Below are positions 28,425 to 38,410 of a stretch of 64,000 bases of DNA, piece after piece. Within the stretch, counting starts at the first letter, position 1, and every line of letters begins with the position of its first letter. The stretch covers positions 1,120,001 through 1,184,000 of the forward strand of contig CBDFIQ010000001.1 in assembly GCA_965248195.1 (NCBI GenBank), given 5' to 3'. The translations under genes and the position numbers were made by a program. Under the pieces are notes generated by a model. It searched no databases. It saw nothing but the letters and a program-made list of their open reading frames with translations, and was not told the DNA's origin. This DNA comes from Longimicrobiales bacterium. Its GTDB lineage: Bacteria; Gemmatimonadota; Gemmatimonadetes; Longimicrobiales; Gaopeijiaceae.

Positions 28425-29133
28425 GGTGGAGACTACGGAAGCCCATGATCCGGAAGTAGGCCACGGTCAGGGCATTCCTCCTCGGACTGCGGCCCACGGT
28501 GCGGAGATCCATCGCATGGACATACCGGTCCTCGAGCTTGAAGTGGAGGGAGACCTCATTGATGGGGAGACCCATAGCGAGGTAATCCTCTGCCGATCGC
28601 TCCAGATCCGTGACAACCGCGTTTCGGTCGAAAAGGAAGTAGGTGCTGGCTGCGAGTCTCATGAGTGGATGCAGAGATTTGTAATCGTCCCGGAGATCGG
28701 GATCTTTCGCGTTGGCGGAGGAGAAGTAGAGGAGCCCGTACAAGCTGTATCCCGCGACGACGGCGATCAGCACCGGCCGCACGATTCGAGACAAACGGGC
28801 CTCGCCGGTGATGCTGCGCCAGAGCCATGACGCGTACGCGGAAAAGACCACGACCGTGCCAAACATGCCCAGCCCGATCGACGACCAAGTGCCCCAACCC
28901 AGGCTCTGATACGCGAACATCGATCCTCGGACCAGAACAAAAAACGGCAGAGACAGCACGACGATCCATTTGACGGCAGGCCACCCCCAACGTCGTCCCC
29001 AACGCAGTCCGTACCGCAGTCCGAGGCCCCGGTAGCGCCTTAAGTAGCTGGCGGCCTCCTGCCAGGGACGCTTCTCCTTCGGCAAGACCTCGCCGGGGTC
29101 CACGTCAAGTACGCTCTCCTGCTCCTCGTCCAT
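28372..29133 (-). CDS. Membrane protein with C-terminal peptidase M15-like Zn-binding domain
   Basis: Three TM helices, then LHP..., SLH...AMDLR...DHLHVS. Confidence 0.6.
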   Translation of the reverse strand: MDEEQESVLDVDPGEVLPKEKRPWQEAASYLRRYRGLGLRYGLRWGRRWGWPAVKWIVVLSLPFFVLVRGSMFAYQSLGWGTWSSIGLGMFGTVVVFSAYASWLWRSITGEARLSRIVRPVLIAVVAGYSLYGLLYFSSANAKDPDLRDDYKSLHPLMRLAASTYFLFDRNAVVTDLERSAEDYLAMGLPINEVSLHFKLEDRYVHAMDLRTVGRSPRRNALTVAYFRIMGFRSLHHVGSADHLHVSLPVRGT

Positions 29134-29302
29134 CCCGCTCTCCTGCACCTTTGTCACCGTACGCCCAGCCCCCGTAGACGCGGGGGGTCGATGCACCTTA
29201 CTCTGCTCGTGCCATGCACCGCCAGGCGCCTCGTTGTACGGTTTTAAGACTCGAAGGCTCCGCCCCGGGGATCGAGGAGACCCCGTCCGACCCAGAGGTC
29301 CG

Positions 29303-30592
29303 ATGCATTCAAGGCTGCCTGACCCCTTTCCGCCGATCCTGATGAGCCGCGCCGATTGGGCATCAGGTGTTGCTTCGACAGGTGCTGGAAAAGAGCTCAA
29401 AGCCCTGTGGTTGGGGGCCGCGATCATGAACGCGCTCGGCTTGCCAGTCGGCTGGCTGGCGCTCTTCGGTGGCCAAACTTTGCCGCTGTACATCCAGGTG
29501 GTGCTTCCCGTATTCACTCTGGTGGGCCTGCATGTGTTATTCGTGGCCGTGAGGGATTCCCTTCGCTGGCGCCGCTTCGGTCGCCTCCAGATGACCCTCG
29601 ATCCGCTCCCGGGCTCGATCGGGGGACACGTGGGCGGAATGCTCGAGCTTCCGTTTCATCAGGCCGCAGCTGCGGATTTCCGAGTGGTGCTGATATGTAT
29701 CAGGGACCGGTTGGTGCGGACGAGTGAGGGCTCCAACCGTAGCGACTCGGTGGAGTGGGCCAGGGAGATGGTTCCGGACGTGGAGCGGTCGGGGAGGGGC
29801 GTCCGGCTCCGATACACCTTCGAGGTTCCGGAGGGGTTACCCCAGTCCGAAGAGCCGTCGGACGCCTACCACAGGTGGGTCATTCGCGTCCAAGCCGACG
29901 TGCCAGGCCCGGACCTCGATCAGGTGTTCGAGGTCCCGGTACTTCTCATGGATCCGCCATTGGAGGCCCGGGAGCCGGCGTTGTCTGAGGTCACGGCCGC
30001 GGATGTCCCCGAGTTGGCGCCTCGGGTCGTACGGGTGCACAGGGGCCGCGGGAGGCTGACCCTTTCCTTCCCATCTGGCCGAGGGGGTGTTGGCGGGATC
30101 ATGCTTCTGGCCTTCGGGGCCGTGTTCGCGGGTGCGGGCCTGTTCGCGTTCATGAGCACGAGTGACATCGGGGCGGGCGGTCTGATCGGGGGCGTCACGG
30201 TCGCCTTCGGCGGGTTTTTCCTCCTGATTTTCGGAGGCTTTGGCGCACTCATGATGTTCCTGGGTTTCTACTCTCTGGTGAACTCCTTGGTCGTGGAAAT
30301 CGGCAACGGCAAGGTGGTCGCTCGCAGGAGCTTCTTTCTCCCGTTCCGGCGGACAGCCCGTTTCGAAGAGTTTCAGAAGATCGAGATGGACGTGCACAGC
30401 CGCGTCGGACAAGGGGCGAAGTCGTCGGCCCACGTGAGGATTCGTGGGTTCCTACGTGGGGGGAGGCGCATTTCACTGGGTGATGACGTACCTTTGGGCC
30501 GCCAGTCGGAGATCCTTGCCGCCCTGCTCGAGGAGGCGATAGGGATTCCGGTAGAGACCGTGAAACGATCAAGACCGAGGTTACGCTCATGA
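29303..30592 (+). CDS. Hypothetical membrane protein (2 TM + soluble domain + 2 TM); start approximate
   Basis: Long ORF with two hydrophobic hairpins; ATGA overlap with the amidohydrolase gene. Confidence 0.65.
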   Translation: MHSRLPDPFPPILMSRADWASGVASTGAGKELKALWLGAAIMNALGLPVGWLALFGGQTLPLYIQVVLPVFTLVGLHVLFVAVRDSLRWRRFGRLQMTLDPLPGSIGGHVGGMLELPFHQAAAADFRVVLICIRDRLVRTSEGSNRSDSVEWAREMVPDVERSGRGVRLRYTFEVPEGLPQSEEPSDAYHRWVIRVQADVPGPDLDQVFEVPVLLMDPPLEAREPALSEVTAADVPELAPRVVRVHRGRGRLTLSFPSGRGGVGGIMLLAFGAVFAGAGLFAFMSTSDIGAGGLIGGVTVAFGGFFLLIFGGFGALMMFLGFYSLVNSLVVEIGNGKVVARRSFFLPFRRTARFEEFQKIEMDVHSRVGQGAKSSAHVRIRGFLRGGRRISLGDDVPLGRQSEILAALLEEAIGIPVETVKRSRPRLRS

Positions 30593-31932
30593 TTAAGCAA
30601 CGGACGCTTCTCTCGCCCCTCTTCGCAGGCTGGGTCTTCGCCGGCCTCGCCATGGGTCTCCTCGCGGGTCTCGTCGCGGATCTCGCCCTTCCCGGGATGG
30701 TGTCGGCCGCCCAGGGGAGAGGGTCCGCCGGTCAGACTGGAGTGACGGCGCTCGTCGGTGCCCGTATCTGGGACGGAACCGGTGCGGCGGCCATCCCCGA
30801 CGGCGTGATGCTCGTTCGGGATGGGCGGATCATGTACGTGGGGTCGCGCGGCGCTGTGCCGGTTCCGGACGGCGCCACGGTGGTGAATCTCAATGGCCGA
30901 ACGATCATTCCGGGTCTGATCAACACGCACGGACATGTGAGTGACGTGGTGGGCTTGCAGGGCGGGCAGTACAACACCCGCAATCTGATTCGCCAACTCC
31001 GGCTCTACGGCGAGTACGGAGTCACCACCGTGACCAGCTTGGGTGGAGACGGACCGGAGGCCATCGCACTCCGGGACGCGCAGTCGATGCCTGGTCTGGA
31101 TCGGGCTCGGATCTTCGTCGCCGGCGCTGTGGTGAGCGGCACCACCGTCTCGGAGGCACTCGCCCAGGTCCAGCAGAATGCCGATATGAATGTCGACTGG
31201 ATGAAGCTCCGGGTGGACGACAACCTGGGCAACTCCCAGAAGATGTCCCCGGAGATCTACTCGGCCATCATCGACCGCAGCCACGAGCTCGGCCTGCGGC
31301 TGGCTTCCCACCTCTTTTACCTGGACGACGCCAAGGCGCTCATGAGAGCCGGTACGGACTTCATCGCGCACAGCGTACGGGACAGGGGTGTCGACGACGA
31401 GTTCCTGGGGATGCTCGCCCAGAGCGGTATTTGCTACACGCCGACGTTGACGCGCGAGGTCTCCACTTACGTCTACGAAAACCGCCCGGACTTCTTCGAC
31501 GATCCATTCTTCCTTTCGCATGCCGACCCAGCGGTGCTCGAGCAGCTCCAGGAACCGGACCGTCAAGCCAGATACGCCAGGGCGCAGGGGTACAAAGCGG
31601 CGCTGGAGGTGGCCTTGAGGAATCTCAAGACGATCTCGGATGCCGGTTTACCGGTCGTGATGGGCACCGATACCGGGCCGGCGGCGCGGTTCCAGGGCTA
31701 TTTCGAGCACATGGAGCTCGATCTCATGGCCGAAGCGGGCCTCACGCCGGAGCAGATTCTCCGATCGGCGACCGGGGTGGCCGCCGAGTGTCTGCGTCTG
31801 GACGACGAGATCGGAACGCTACGACCCAATCGGTGGGCCGACTTCCTCGTTCTGACCGAGAATCCGTTGGAGGACATCCGAAACGCACGGAGCATCGAGT
31901 CGGTGTGGATTGCGGGAGAGGCGCTGCGGTAA
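30589..31932 (+). CDS. Amidohydrolase family protein, secreted
   Basis: G.TIIPGLINTHGH, GVTTV, MGTDTG, G.L....ADF.VL..NPLEDI.N. Confidence 0.9.
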   Translation: MIKQRTLLSPLFAGWVFAGLAMGLLAGLVADLALPGMVSAAQGRGSAGQTGVTALVGARIWDGTGAAAIPDGVMLVRDGRIMYVGSRGAVPVPDGATVVNLNGRTIIPGLINTHGHVSDVVGLQGGQYNTRNLIRQLRLYGEYGVTTVTSLGGDGPEAIALRDAQSMPGLDRARIFVAGAVVSGTTVSEALAQVQQNADMNVDWMKLRVDDNLGNSQKMSPEIYSAIIDRSHELGLRLASHLFYLDDAKALMRAGTDFIAHSVRDRGVDDEFLGMLAQSGICYTPTLTREVSTYVYENRPDFFDDPFFLSHADPAVLEQLQEPDRQARYARAQGYKAALEVALRNLKTISDAGLPVVMGTDTGPAARFQGYFEHMELDLMAEAGLTPEQILRSATGVAAECLRLDDEIGTLRPNRWADFLVLTENPLEDIRNARSIESVWIAGEALR

Positions 31933-32067
31933 GGCCAAACGCTCCTGGCCCGGGCGGTCCCTGGGCTGAAGCCTTGCGGCCCAACAGGGCTTTGGATCTA
32001 TTCCGGCCCACCGACTCCAGCCGGTCGGTTTTTGACCCCGCCGGACCCGTATGTTCAGCCCAGGCTC

Positions 32068-33636
32068 ATGGAAACGAAGCGTCCCACAAACCCGGCCGCC
32101 GAGGAGATTCTCGGGGGATACTTCCCGGTGTTGGACCACGGATTCGTCTCGCTCGTGGACTACATGGGCTCCGACGAGGACGTCGAGCGGGCGGCGCGGG
32201 TCAGCTACGGGTACGGCACCCGCAAGGTGAGCCAGACACGGGGGCTCGTGCGTTACCTGAGGCGTCACCACCACACGACGCCCAGCGAGATGGTCGAGCT
32301 CAAGTTCCACTGCGCCATGCCGATGTTCGTTGCACGCCAGTGGATACGGCACAGAACGGCCTGCCTAGCCGAGGGGACCCAGGTTTATTTCGACCTTCCC
32401 GGAGGCGACCGACAAAGGGGGACTCAGCTCTACAAGCTGCCCATCGAGGAACTGTGGGAGCGATTTCAGCCGACCGTCGATCGTCACCGGCCCGACAAGC
32501 AGAGGGATCCGTACTTCCGGCGTGACTGTGTGAAGGGGATGCGACTGCGTCAGATGGATGAGGAGACGGGTCGGATCGACCATACGCGAGTCGTGGATGT
32601 CTTTCAGAATGGTCCCCACCACGTCTTCCGCATGGTGTTGGCCGACGGGAAAGCGATCGTGGCCACTGCGGACCACCGCTTCAGATTCGCTGAGGGATGG
32701 AGGACGCTTCATCAAGCCACTGGGCTCGAGGAGAGGGGTGGGCGGGCCACTTGGCAGGCGGGGGACTACTTCGTCCACGTGAATGGCCTGGTAGCCGAAG
32801 CCCCGGCCCTCTATCAGGACAAGGTCACGACGGCGCGCCTCGTGCGCGTCGAGCGCTTCGAGTACGTGGGGATACGCGAGACCTACGACCTGGAGGTCGA
32901 GGGCCCATTCCACAACTTCATCGCCAACGGCATCGTGACTCACAACTCAGTGAACGAATACAGCGGCCGCTATTCCTTGATGCCCCTCCTTTTCTATAAG
33001 CCGGACCCGGACCACTTCGCCCTTCAGAGCCCTACGAACCATCAGGGCCGGCGGCCCGAGCCGGCCTCGGCTGAGCTTTATGCCAAGGCGATAGAGCGGT
33101 GGGACCGCGTGCGTGAGGAGGCGTCCAGTGGGTACCGATGGATGGTGGAGGAGGAGGTGGCGCGGGAGCTGGCCCGCATCGACCTTCCCCTGTCCACCTA
33201 CACGCAGTGGTATTGGAAGATCGATCTCCACAACCTCTTCCACTTTCTGACGCTGCGGGCGGACCCGCACGCGCAGTGGGAGATTCAGGAGTTTGCGGGG
33301 GTGATGGCCGGAATGCTCAAGAGGGTCGCCCCCCTGAGTTACGAGGCGTGGATCGACTACAATGTCCTGATGCACCCCATGAGTCGAGGGGAAATGGACG
33401 TTCTGCGGCGGTTGTTGGAAGCCGATGCGGAGGGCGTCCGCCCCAGGGTGGGAGGCGACTCGCTCGCTTTGAAGGATTTTCAAGAGTTCGGCCTTTCCCC
33501 ACGGGAAGCCCGTGAATTCGTCGAGAAACTTCGGCCTGCGGACGTCCCCGATTACGAGCTCGACGTGTCACTCATGCGGCGAGCCGAAGACATGGCAGCC
33601 GAACTGGAGGAGGCGGTTCCTGGCTCCTTCGAATAG
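32068..33636 (+). CDS. thyX: FAD-dependent thymidylate synthase ThyX containing an intein
   Basis: VLDHGFV.LVD.MG, AARVSY, H.TP.EM, P.FVARQWIRHRTA-[intein]-SVNEYSGRY, RELAR..LP...YT..YWKIDLHNL.HFL.LR...HAQ.EI. Confidence 0.95.
   Translation: METKRPTNPAAEEILGGYFPVLDHGFVSLVDYMGSDEDVERAARVSYGYGTRKVSQTRGLVRYLRRHHHTTPSEMVELKFHCAMPMFVARQWIRHRTACLAEGTQVYFDLPGGDRQRGTQLYKLPIEELWERFQPTVDRHRPDKQRDPYFRRDCVKGMRLRQMDEETGRIDHTRVVDVFQNGPHHVFRMVLADGKAIVATADHRFRFAEGWRTLHQATGLEERGGRATWQAGDYFVHVNGLVAEAPALYQDKVTTARLVRVERFEYVGIRETYDLEVEGPFHNFIANGIVTHNSVNEYSGRYSLMPLLFYKPDPDHFALQSPTNHQGRRPEPASAELYAKAIERWDRVREEASSGYRWMVEEEVARELARIDLPLSTYTQWYWKIDLHNLFHFLTLRADPHAQWEIQEFAGVMAGMLKRVAPLSYEAWIDYNVLMHPMSRGEMDVLRRLLEADAEGVRPRVGGDSLALKDFQEFGLSPREAREFVEKLRPADVPDYELDVSLMRRAEDMAAELEEAVPGSFE
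32362..32946 (+). mobile_element. Mini-intein (195 aa) in ThyX, no homing endonuclease
   Basis: Block A CLAEGT, block B ATADHRF (TxxH), blocks F/G TYDLEVEGPFHNFIANGIVTHN followed by +1 Ser. Confidence 0.93.
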
Positions 33637-33655
33637 TCGTTTTGGTGAACGCCGA

Positions 33656-34519
33656 GTGGCTTTGGTCTGCCCGTGGCTGTACCTGGGCCTTGCCACGCTG
33701 GTCCTGGTGGCCCCGGCTCCCGCCGGCGCGCAGCGTGAGGCACGATGGTTCCCGGGCATCCAGCCGTTCCACACCCTCATCGCGGCGCCTCGAGAGGTGC
33801 AAGTCCGGGCCTCGTTCGTTCACGCGAAACGCCCTGGAGGGGGTTTCGTGGGACGCAACATCGAAGCGGAAGTGGCCGTCGGTCACCGCCTCAGCCTGGT
33901 GCGGCTCGATGATGGTTCGTCGCCGGTCCGGGCGATCACTCTCGGGCTCGAAATGGGTATTTTCTCCCGCTTTTTTATGGAGGCGCCTACAAAGGACCTC
34001 GTGAACAGCGACTTTCGCATAGGCCTCCCCCTGTCCATCCGGAGTGGCGCCTGGGAGTCCAGGCTCGCGATCCGGCATGTCAGTTCACATCTCGGGGACG
34101 ATTACCTCGTGCGATTCCTTGAGGAAACGGTCGAAGACGGCTTCAGCCAGACTTCGAAGGACGGCTTCGAGGGGATTCTGGCTCGCAGGGTTGGAGCGAG
34201 CGTGCGCCTATACGTAGGTGGTGATCTCAACTTCCACACCAATCAGCGGATGTCCCGGGCCGGTGTGCGCTTCGGGGGCGAGTGGGAAGCGATCGAGCCC
34301 GGAGACGGCGACGGCAGCTGGCCGTTTTTCGCCAGCGACTTCGAATACGGGAGCTTGTCCGAGGAGCTGGCCACCACCCTGGTTGCAGGGATGGGTTTCC
34401 GGGTGAACGGGCAACGCTTCCGGCTCGAAGCACGGGCCCGCTTCGGCACCACGCCCATGGGCCACTTTCGCGAAAGTGACGAGACGTTTTATGGTCTCGG
34501 CTTCGCCCTCGATCTTTAG
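33656..34519 (+). CDS. DUF1207-like outer-membrane protein
   Basis: Signal peptide; F..LIA.PRE, DLVNSDF.IG, HVSSHLGDDY; C-terminal YGLGFALDL. Confidence 0.75.
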   Translation: MALVCPWLYLGLATLVLVAPAPAGAQREARWFPGIQPFHTLIAAPREVQVRASFVHAKRPGGGFVGRNIEAEVAVGHRLSLVRLDDGSSPVRAITLGLEMGIFSRFFMEAPTKDLVNSDFRIGLPLSIRSGAWESRLAIRHVSSHLGDDYLVRFLEETVEDGFSQTSKDGFEGILARRVGASVRLYVGGDLNFHTNQRMSRAGVRFGGEWEAIEPGDGDGSWPFFASDFEYGSLSEELATTLVAGMGFRVNGQRFRLEARARFGTTPMGHFRESDETFYGLGFALDL

Positions 34520-34571
34520 AATGCCGTTGCTGGAGTCTGGGCAAGGACGGGCAATGGAGGGTTCTATTCGA

Positions 34572-35087
34572 ATGGAAGACCGACAGGCTGCGGCCCGCCG
34601 GACGTTGACAGCGCTCATGATCACGGTGTCCGCACTCTTCGTGGGTTCGCTCGTGTTCATGGTGGTGCAGGGTGACCAAAATGCCCCCGCGGGAAGGCGA
34701 GTTTTGGCCGTACTTCCTGTCCAGGGGCCGAACCCGGAGGCTGGAACGGGCCGGTATGCGGGCTTCGGCGAGGGACTGGCGGCGTATTTCGGCCGGGCCG
34801 ACCCGATGGACCTGGGTGTGTTCGGACCGGCCAGCACGTCCCGGTTCGTCGAGGCCGGGGAGGACCCTCTGGGGGTGGGCAGAACGCTCGGCGCCGATAT
34901 GGTTCTGGTCGGGCGTGAGGTTTCCGGGGATGGCCTCTCCGCCACGCTCGTGGCGGAGTTGTTCCGCGTCGATGATGGCACCACGATCTGGCGAGGCCAG
35001 TTCGAGGTCGGCCCTGATTTGGACAGGAGCGCGTTGTTGCTCCGAGTGGCAATAGAGGTGACCGAAGCTCTGGACCTTCCCCGCTGA
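34572..35087 (+). CDS. Membrane-anchored protein with TolB-N/FlgO-like domain
   Basis: GGAGG RBS; TM helix; LAVLP...GR.LGAD.VL.G...AEL..V.DG...W pattern. Confidence 0.6.
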   Translation: MEDRQAAARRTLTALMITVSALFVGSLVFMVVQGDQNAPAGRRVLAVLPVQGPNPEAGTGRYAGFGEGLAAYFGRADPMDLGVFGPASTSRFVEAGEDPLGVGRTLGADMVLVGREVSGDGLSATLVAELFRVDDGTTIWRGQFEVGPDLDRSALLLRVAIEVTEALDLPR

Positions 35088-35105
35088 GGGTGTTGGGGGA
35101 CGGTT

Positions 35106-36011
35106 TCAGGCCAGCGCGGCCTCCACCGTGCCACAGTGGATCGCAACTGTGTCGGATGGGCGAACGGCGTAGCCCCCCGCGAGCGTCACGGCTACCGCGA
35201 TCTCCGCTTCGGCCGCCGTGTCCAGGACGAATTCGTCTCGCTCTCTCAGCCCCTCGATGCTCAGTCCTAGCCCGCCGAGTTGATCCGCCTCGTATGGATC
35301 GGCCCCGGCGAGGTAGAAGATGAGCTGAGGTTCGTGCTCCTCGAGCACTCTCGGCAAGTGCTCGTGGAGTAGTTGCATGTACTCTTCGTCTCCGACGCCG
35401 TCGTCGAGCCCGACGTCCAGGTCCCCCGGGGGTTTGATCGCCGGATAGTTCCACTGGTGATGCATGGAGAGGGTAAAGACACGAGCCTCCTCGGAGAAGA
35501 TCGACGCCGTGCCGTTGCCGTGATGAACATCTAGATCGACGATGAGAATTCGGTCTACTTCCTTTGCCTCGAGCAAGGTGGCTGCGGCGATCGCGACGTC
35601 ATTGAGTAGGCAAAAGCCCTCGCCATGGTCGGCGAAGGCGTGATGAAATCCGCCGCCCAGATGGACCGATCGCCCTCGCGAGATCGCGAGGTGGCCGGCC
35701 AGGGTCGTGCCCCCCGCGCAAAGGAGAGAAGCTTCCCTCAACTCGGGCGAGAAGGGGAGCTCGAGAAGGCGTTCTTCATCCTGCGTAAGAGCGCCCTCGG
35801 CGATCTTGGTCCAATAAGACCGGGTGTGGACGCGGAGAACGTCCTCAACCGTGGCCGGTCGGGGCGTCCGCAGATCAGCATTGAACAAAGCGCTGGCCGC
35901 GTCGAGCCGTTCTTTGATCAATCGGTACTTCTCGACGGGGAACACGTGGCTCCCGATGTCTACCTCGTATCGAGGACACCAGACCACGGGGACCCCACCC
36001 GGTTCAAGCAT
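35106..36011 (-). CDS. Histone deacetylase family protein
   Basis: H.FP.EKY, GG.HHA..GEGFC.LND, DLDVHHGNGT, AGADP..D.LG, GGY. Confidence 0.93.
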   Translation of the reverse strand: MLEPGGVPVVWCPRYEVDIGSHVFPVEKYRLIKERLDAASALFNADLRTPRPATVEDVLRVHTRSYWTKIAEGALTQDEERLLELPFSPELREASLLCAGGTTLAGHLAISRGRSVHLGGGFHHAFADHGEGFCLLNDVAIAAATLLEAKEVDRILIVDLDVHHGNGTASIFSEEARVFTLSMHHQWNYPAIKPPGDLDVGLDDGVGDEEYMQLLHEHLPRVLEEHEPQLIFYLAGADPYEADQLGGLGLSIEGLRERDEFVLDTAAEAEIAVAVTLAGGYAVRPSDTVAIHCGTVEAALA

Positions 36012-36120
36012 GGCGCACCTCCCCTCGACCCACCGCCAGACGATGCTTCTAGCTACCCGACTCCGGTGATGTCGTTACGTACGTCGTGAGGTCGGGGGGA
36101 GGTCACGGCGTGGCGGGAGA

Positions 36121-36780
36121 TTAACTCCCGCCCGCAATGATCAACGGCGTGTAGTCGATGTGCTCGATGACGAGCACCACGCGGCGGTTTTCCCAGCCGG
36201 CCTCTGGCCCGGCCTGCCCGGGTGCCACGAGACGGGTGGAGTCCTCACCGTAGCTTACGGCCCTGACGTGCTCCGGCGAGAAATTTTCAGTTTCGATCAG
36301 ATAGCGCTGGACCGCTTCAGCGCGACGCTTGCCGAGCGCCAGGTTGTACGTCGCCGATCCGGACGGGTCGGTGAATCCTTCGACCGTCAATAGAGCATCC
36401 GGGTAATACTCGCCCACGACACCCGCGAAGCGGTCGAGTACCGGCAGATCTTCCGGTCGCAGGTTCGCCCGGTCGAAGGCGAAATAAACCGGCATGTCGA
36501 AGCGCACCGCCGTTTCGAGTCGTTCAACCGTGACGTTGAACTCACGCTCCAGCTGGGAAAGGCCTCTGGCGAGCCCGTCGAGCCGGGCTTCCAACTGGGC
36601 CAACCGCGCCTCCGTACGACGGTTCGAGCCGCTCGTGGTCATCTCCATCTCGGCCCGGAGGGCGGCGACCTCCGAGTCAAACTGATCCTGCCCTACATGC
36701 GCGCACCCGAATGTGATGCCGGCGAACGTCAGAGCGGCCCCCCTGATCAGGCGTGGCCGTAAACCGATACCGCTGCTCAT
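36121..36780 (-). CDS. OmpA-family lipoprotein with N-terminal coiled coil
   Basis: TFGC lipobox; VYFAFD, VEGFTD..G...YN.ALG.RRA..V, ENRRV. Confidence 0.9.
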   Translation of the reverse strand: MSSGIGLRPRLIRGAALTFAGITFGCAHVGQDQFDSEVAALRAEMEMTTSGSNRRTEARLAQLEARLDGLARGLSQLEREFNVTVERLETAVRFDMPVYFAFDRANLRPEDLPVLDRFAGVVGEYYPDALLTVEGFTDPSGSATYNLALGKRRAEAVQRYLIETENFSPEHVRAVSYGEDSTRLVAPGQAGPEAGWENRRVVLVIEHIDYTPLIIAGGS

Positions 36781-36836
36781 GTTCGATCCTCCCGTGATTA
36801 GGTCCCAAGCGATACGTCAACGATGCCTTTTCGTAG

Positions 36837-36854
36837 ATGCAGGAAAGATGCCAA
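36837..36854 (-). promoter_or_regulatory. Sigma-54-type (-24/-12) promoter for the OmpA-family gene
   Basis: Minus strand TTGGCATCTTTCCTGCAT: GG-N10-GC spacing, about 57 bp upstream of the ATG. Confidence 0.55.
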
Positions 36855-36911
36855 GATTCGACGTCGCTTTTTCGGTGGATCGTGTTGACCCGATGGCCCA
36901 CATTGGCTCGC

Positions 36912-37967
36912 ATGAAAACACGAACACGCACGATGCCGCAGCGGGGTGAGATGGTCGCAGCGTTTCTTTCGGGCGACCGGTCCTACGACGGGGTGTTCTT
37001 CACCGGTGTGCGGACCACGGGCGTTTTCTGCCGCCCTACGTGCCCGGCGAAGAAGCCGCACGAGCAGAACGTCGAGTTTTTCGCATCGACTCAGGCCGCC
37101 CTCCTGGCTGGCTTCAGGCCCTGCAAGAGGTGCCGGCCTATGGAGCCGACCGGTTCGCCACCAGCTTGGCTGGGCGCGCTCATGCGGGACTTCGACGCCG
37201 AGCCACAGAGGCGCTGGACGGATCAGGATCTTCGAGCCCGAGGGCTCAGCCCGGAGCGGGTTCGCCGTTGGTTTCAGTCCCATCATGGGATGACCTTTCA
37301 CGCCTACGGGCGTGCGCGCCGGTTGGGTCTGGCCTTGGGCCAGATCAAACATGGATCCGGCGTGAGTCGAGCAGCATACCGCACGGGTTACGACTCCTTG
37401 AGCGGCTTCAACGACGCGTTCAGGCGCCACCTGGGGCACGCTCCCACAGCGCTGACCAACGCCAAGGTCGTGACGGTCACGCGGATCCCGACACCCCTTG
37501 GGCCCATGGTTGCAGGGTCCGTCGATGACGCCCTCTGCCTTCTCGAGTTCGCCGACCGGCGCATGATCGAGACGCAGATCGTTCGGCTTCAGAAGCGTCT
37601 GGATTGTGTATTCGTCCCTGGATCGAGCGCGCTCTTCGGCGAGCTCACCGACGAGCTCAAAGCGTATTTCCGAGGTGGCCTGACGGAGTTCAGGGTACCA
37701 CTCCTCACGCCCGGCACCGAGTTCCAGCGTCTCGTATGGAGTCGGCTCCGTGCAATCCCCTCAGGGACGACGCGCACTTACGGGGAGATCGCAGCCGAGA
37801 TTGGGCGTCCGACCGCGGTTCGGGCCGTCGCACGAGCCAACGGGGACAATCGCATCGCCATCCTGATTCCTTGCCACCGGGTGGTCGGATCCGATGGGAA
37901 GCTGACCGGATACGGCGGCGGGCTCTGGCGAAAACAGCGGTTACTGGAGGTCGAACAAGAGGGATAG
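36912..37967 (+). CDS. ada: Ada-type bifunctional regulator / methylated-DNA-protein-cysteine methyltransferase
   Basis: [14 protein letters not shown] Zn site, AraC HTH (GYDSLSGF), IPCHRV active site. Confidence 0.92.
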   Translation: MKTRTRTMPQRGEMVAAFLSGDRSYDGVFFTGVRTTGVFCRPTCPAKKPHEQNVEFFASTQAALLAGFRPCKRCRPMEPTGSPPAWLGALMRDFDAEPQRRWTDQDLRARGLSPERVRRWFQSHHGMTFHAYGRARRLGLALGQIKHGSGVSRAAYRTGYDSLSGFNDAFRRHLGHAPTALTNAKVVTVTRIPTPLGPMVAGSVDDALCLLEFADRRMIETQIVRLQKRLDCVFVPGSSALFGELTDELKAYFRGGLTEFRVPLLTPGTEFQRLVWSRLRAIPSGTTRTYGEIAAEIGRPTAVRAVARANGDNRIAILIPCHRVVGSDGKLTGYGGGLWRKQRLLEVEQEG

Positions 37968-38294
37968 TTGGTCGGTTTTGGCTGCCATGATGAAGTCGTT
38001 TTGGTGGAGACCGCGGATCTTATGGGTCCACCACGTCACGGTGACACCTCCCCACTCGGTCAGGAGCGCCGGATGATGGCCCTCTTCCTCCGCCAGGGCG
38101 CCTAGGGCGTTGGTGAAGGCGAGCGCATCGACGAAGTCTCCGAAGGCGAAGGCCCGCTCTAGGCGTCGTACGCCATCTCGCTCCAGGAGTGCCCAATCGG
38201 GGACTTGCGCATGCAGCGTTCGACTCTCCTCTACCGTGACTCGGGGGGCTCCCCGCCGGCAGGCCTCACACTTCATGTGTTTCAATTCGCCCAT
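37941..38294 (-). CDS. phhB: Pterin-4-alpha-carbinolamine dehydratase
   Basis: CEAC N-terminus, [25 protein letters not shown]. Confidence 0.92.
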   Translation of the reverse strand: MGELKHMKCEACRRGAPRVTVEESRTLHAQVPDWALLERDGVRRLERAFAFGDFVDALAFTNALGALAEEEGHHPALLTEWGGVTVTWWTHKIRGLHQNDFIMAAKTDQLSLLFDLQ

Positions 38295-38410
38295 ATCAGA
38301 CCCACCCCAGACCTGGTCGAGGCTCCGTGCGATCCTGAGAGGAGATACACCCAGATGGCTTTTTCGGCCCGGTCCGTTGCACGGTGACCCGCCAGCGTCG
38401 ATCTTGCCGC

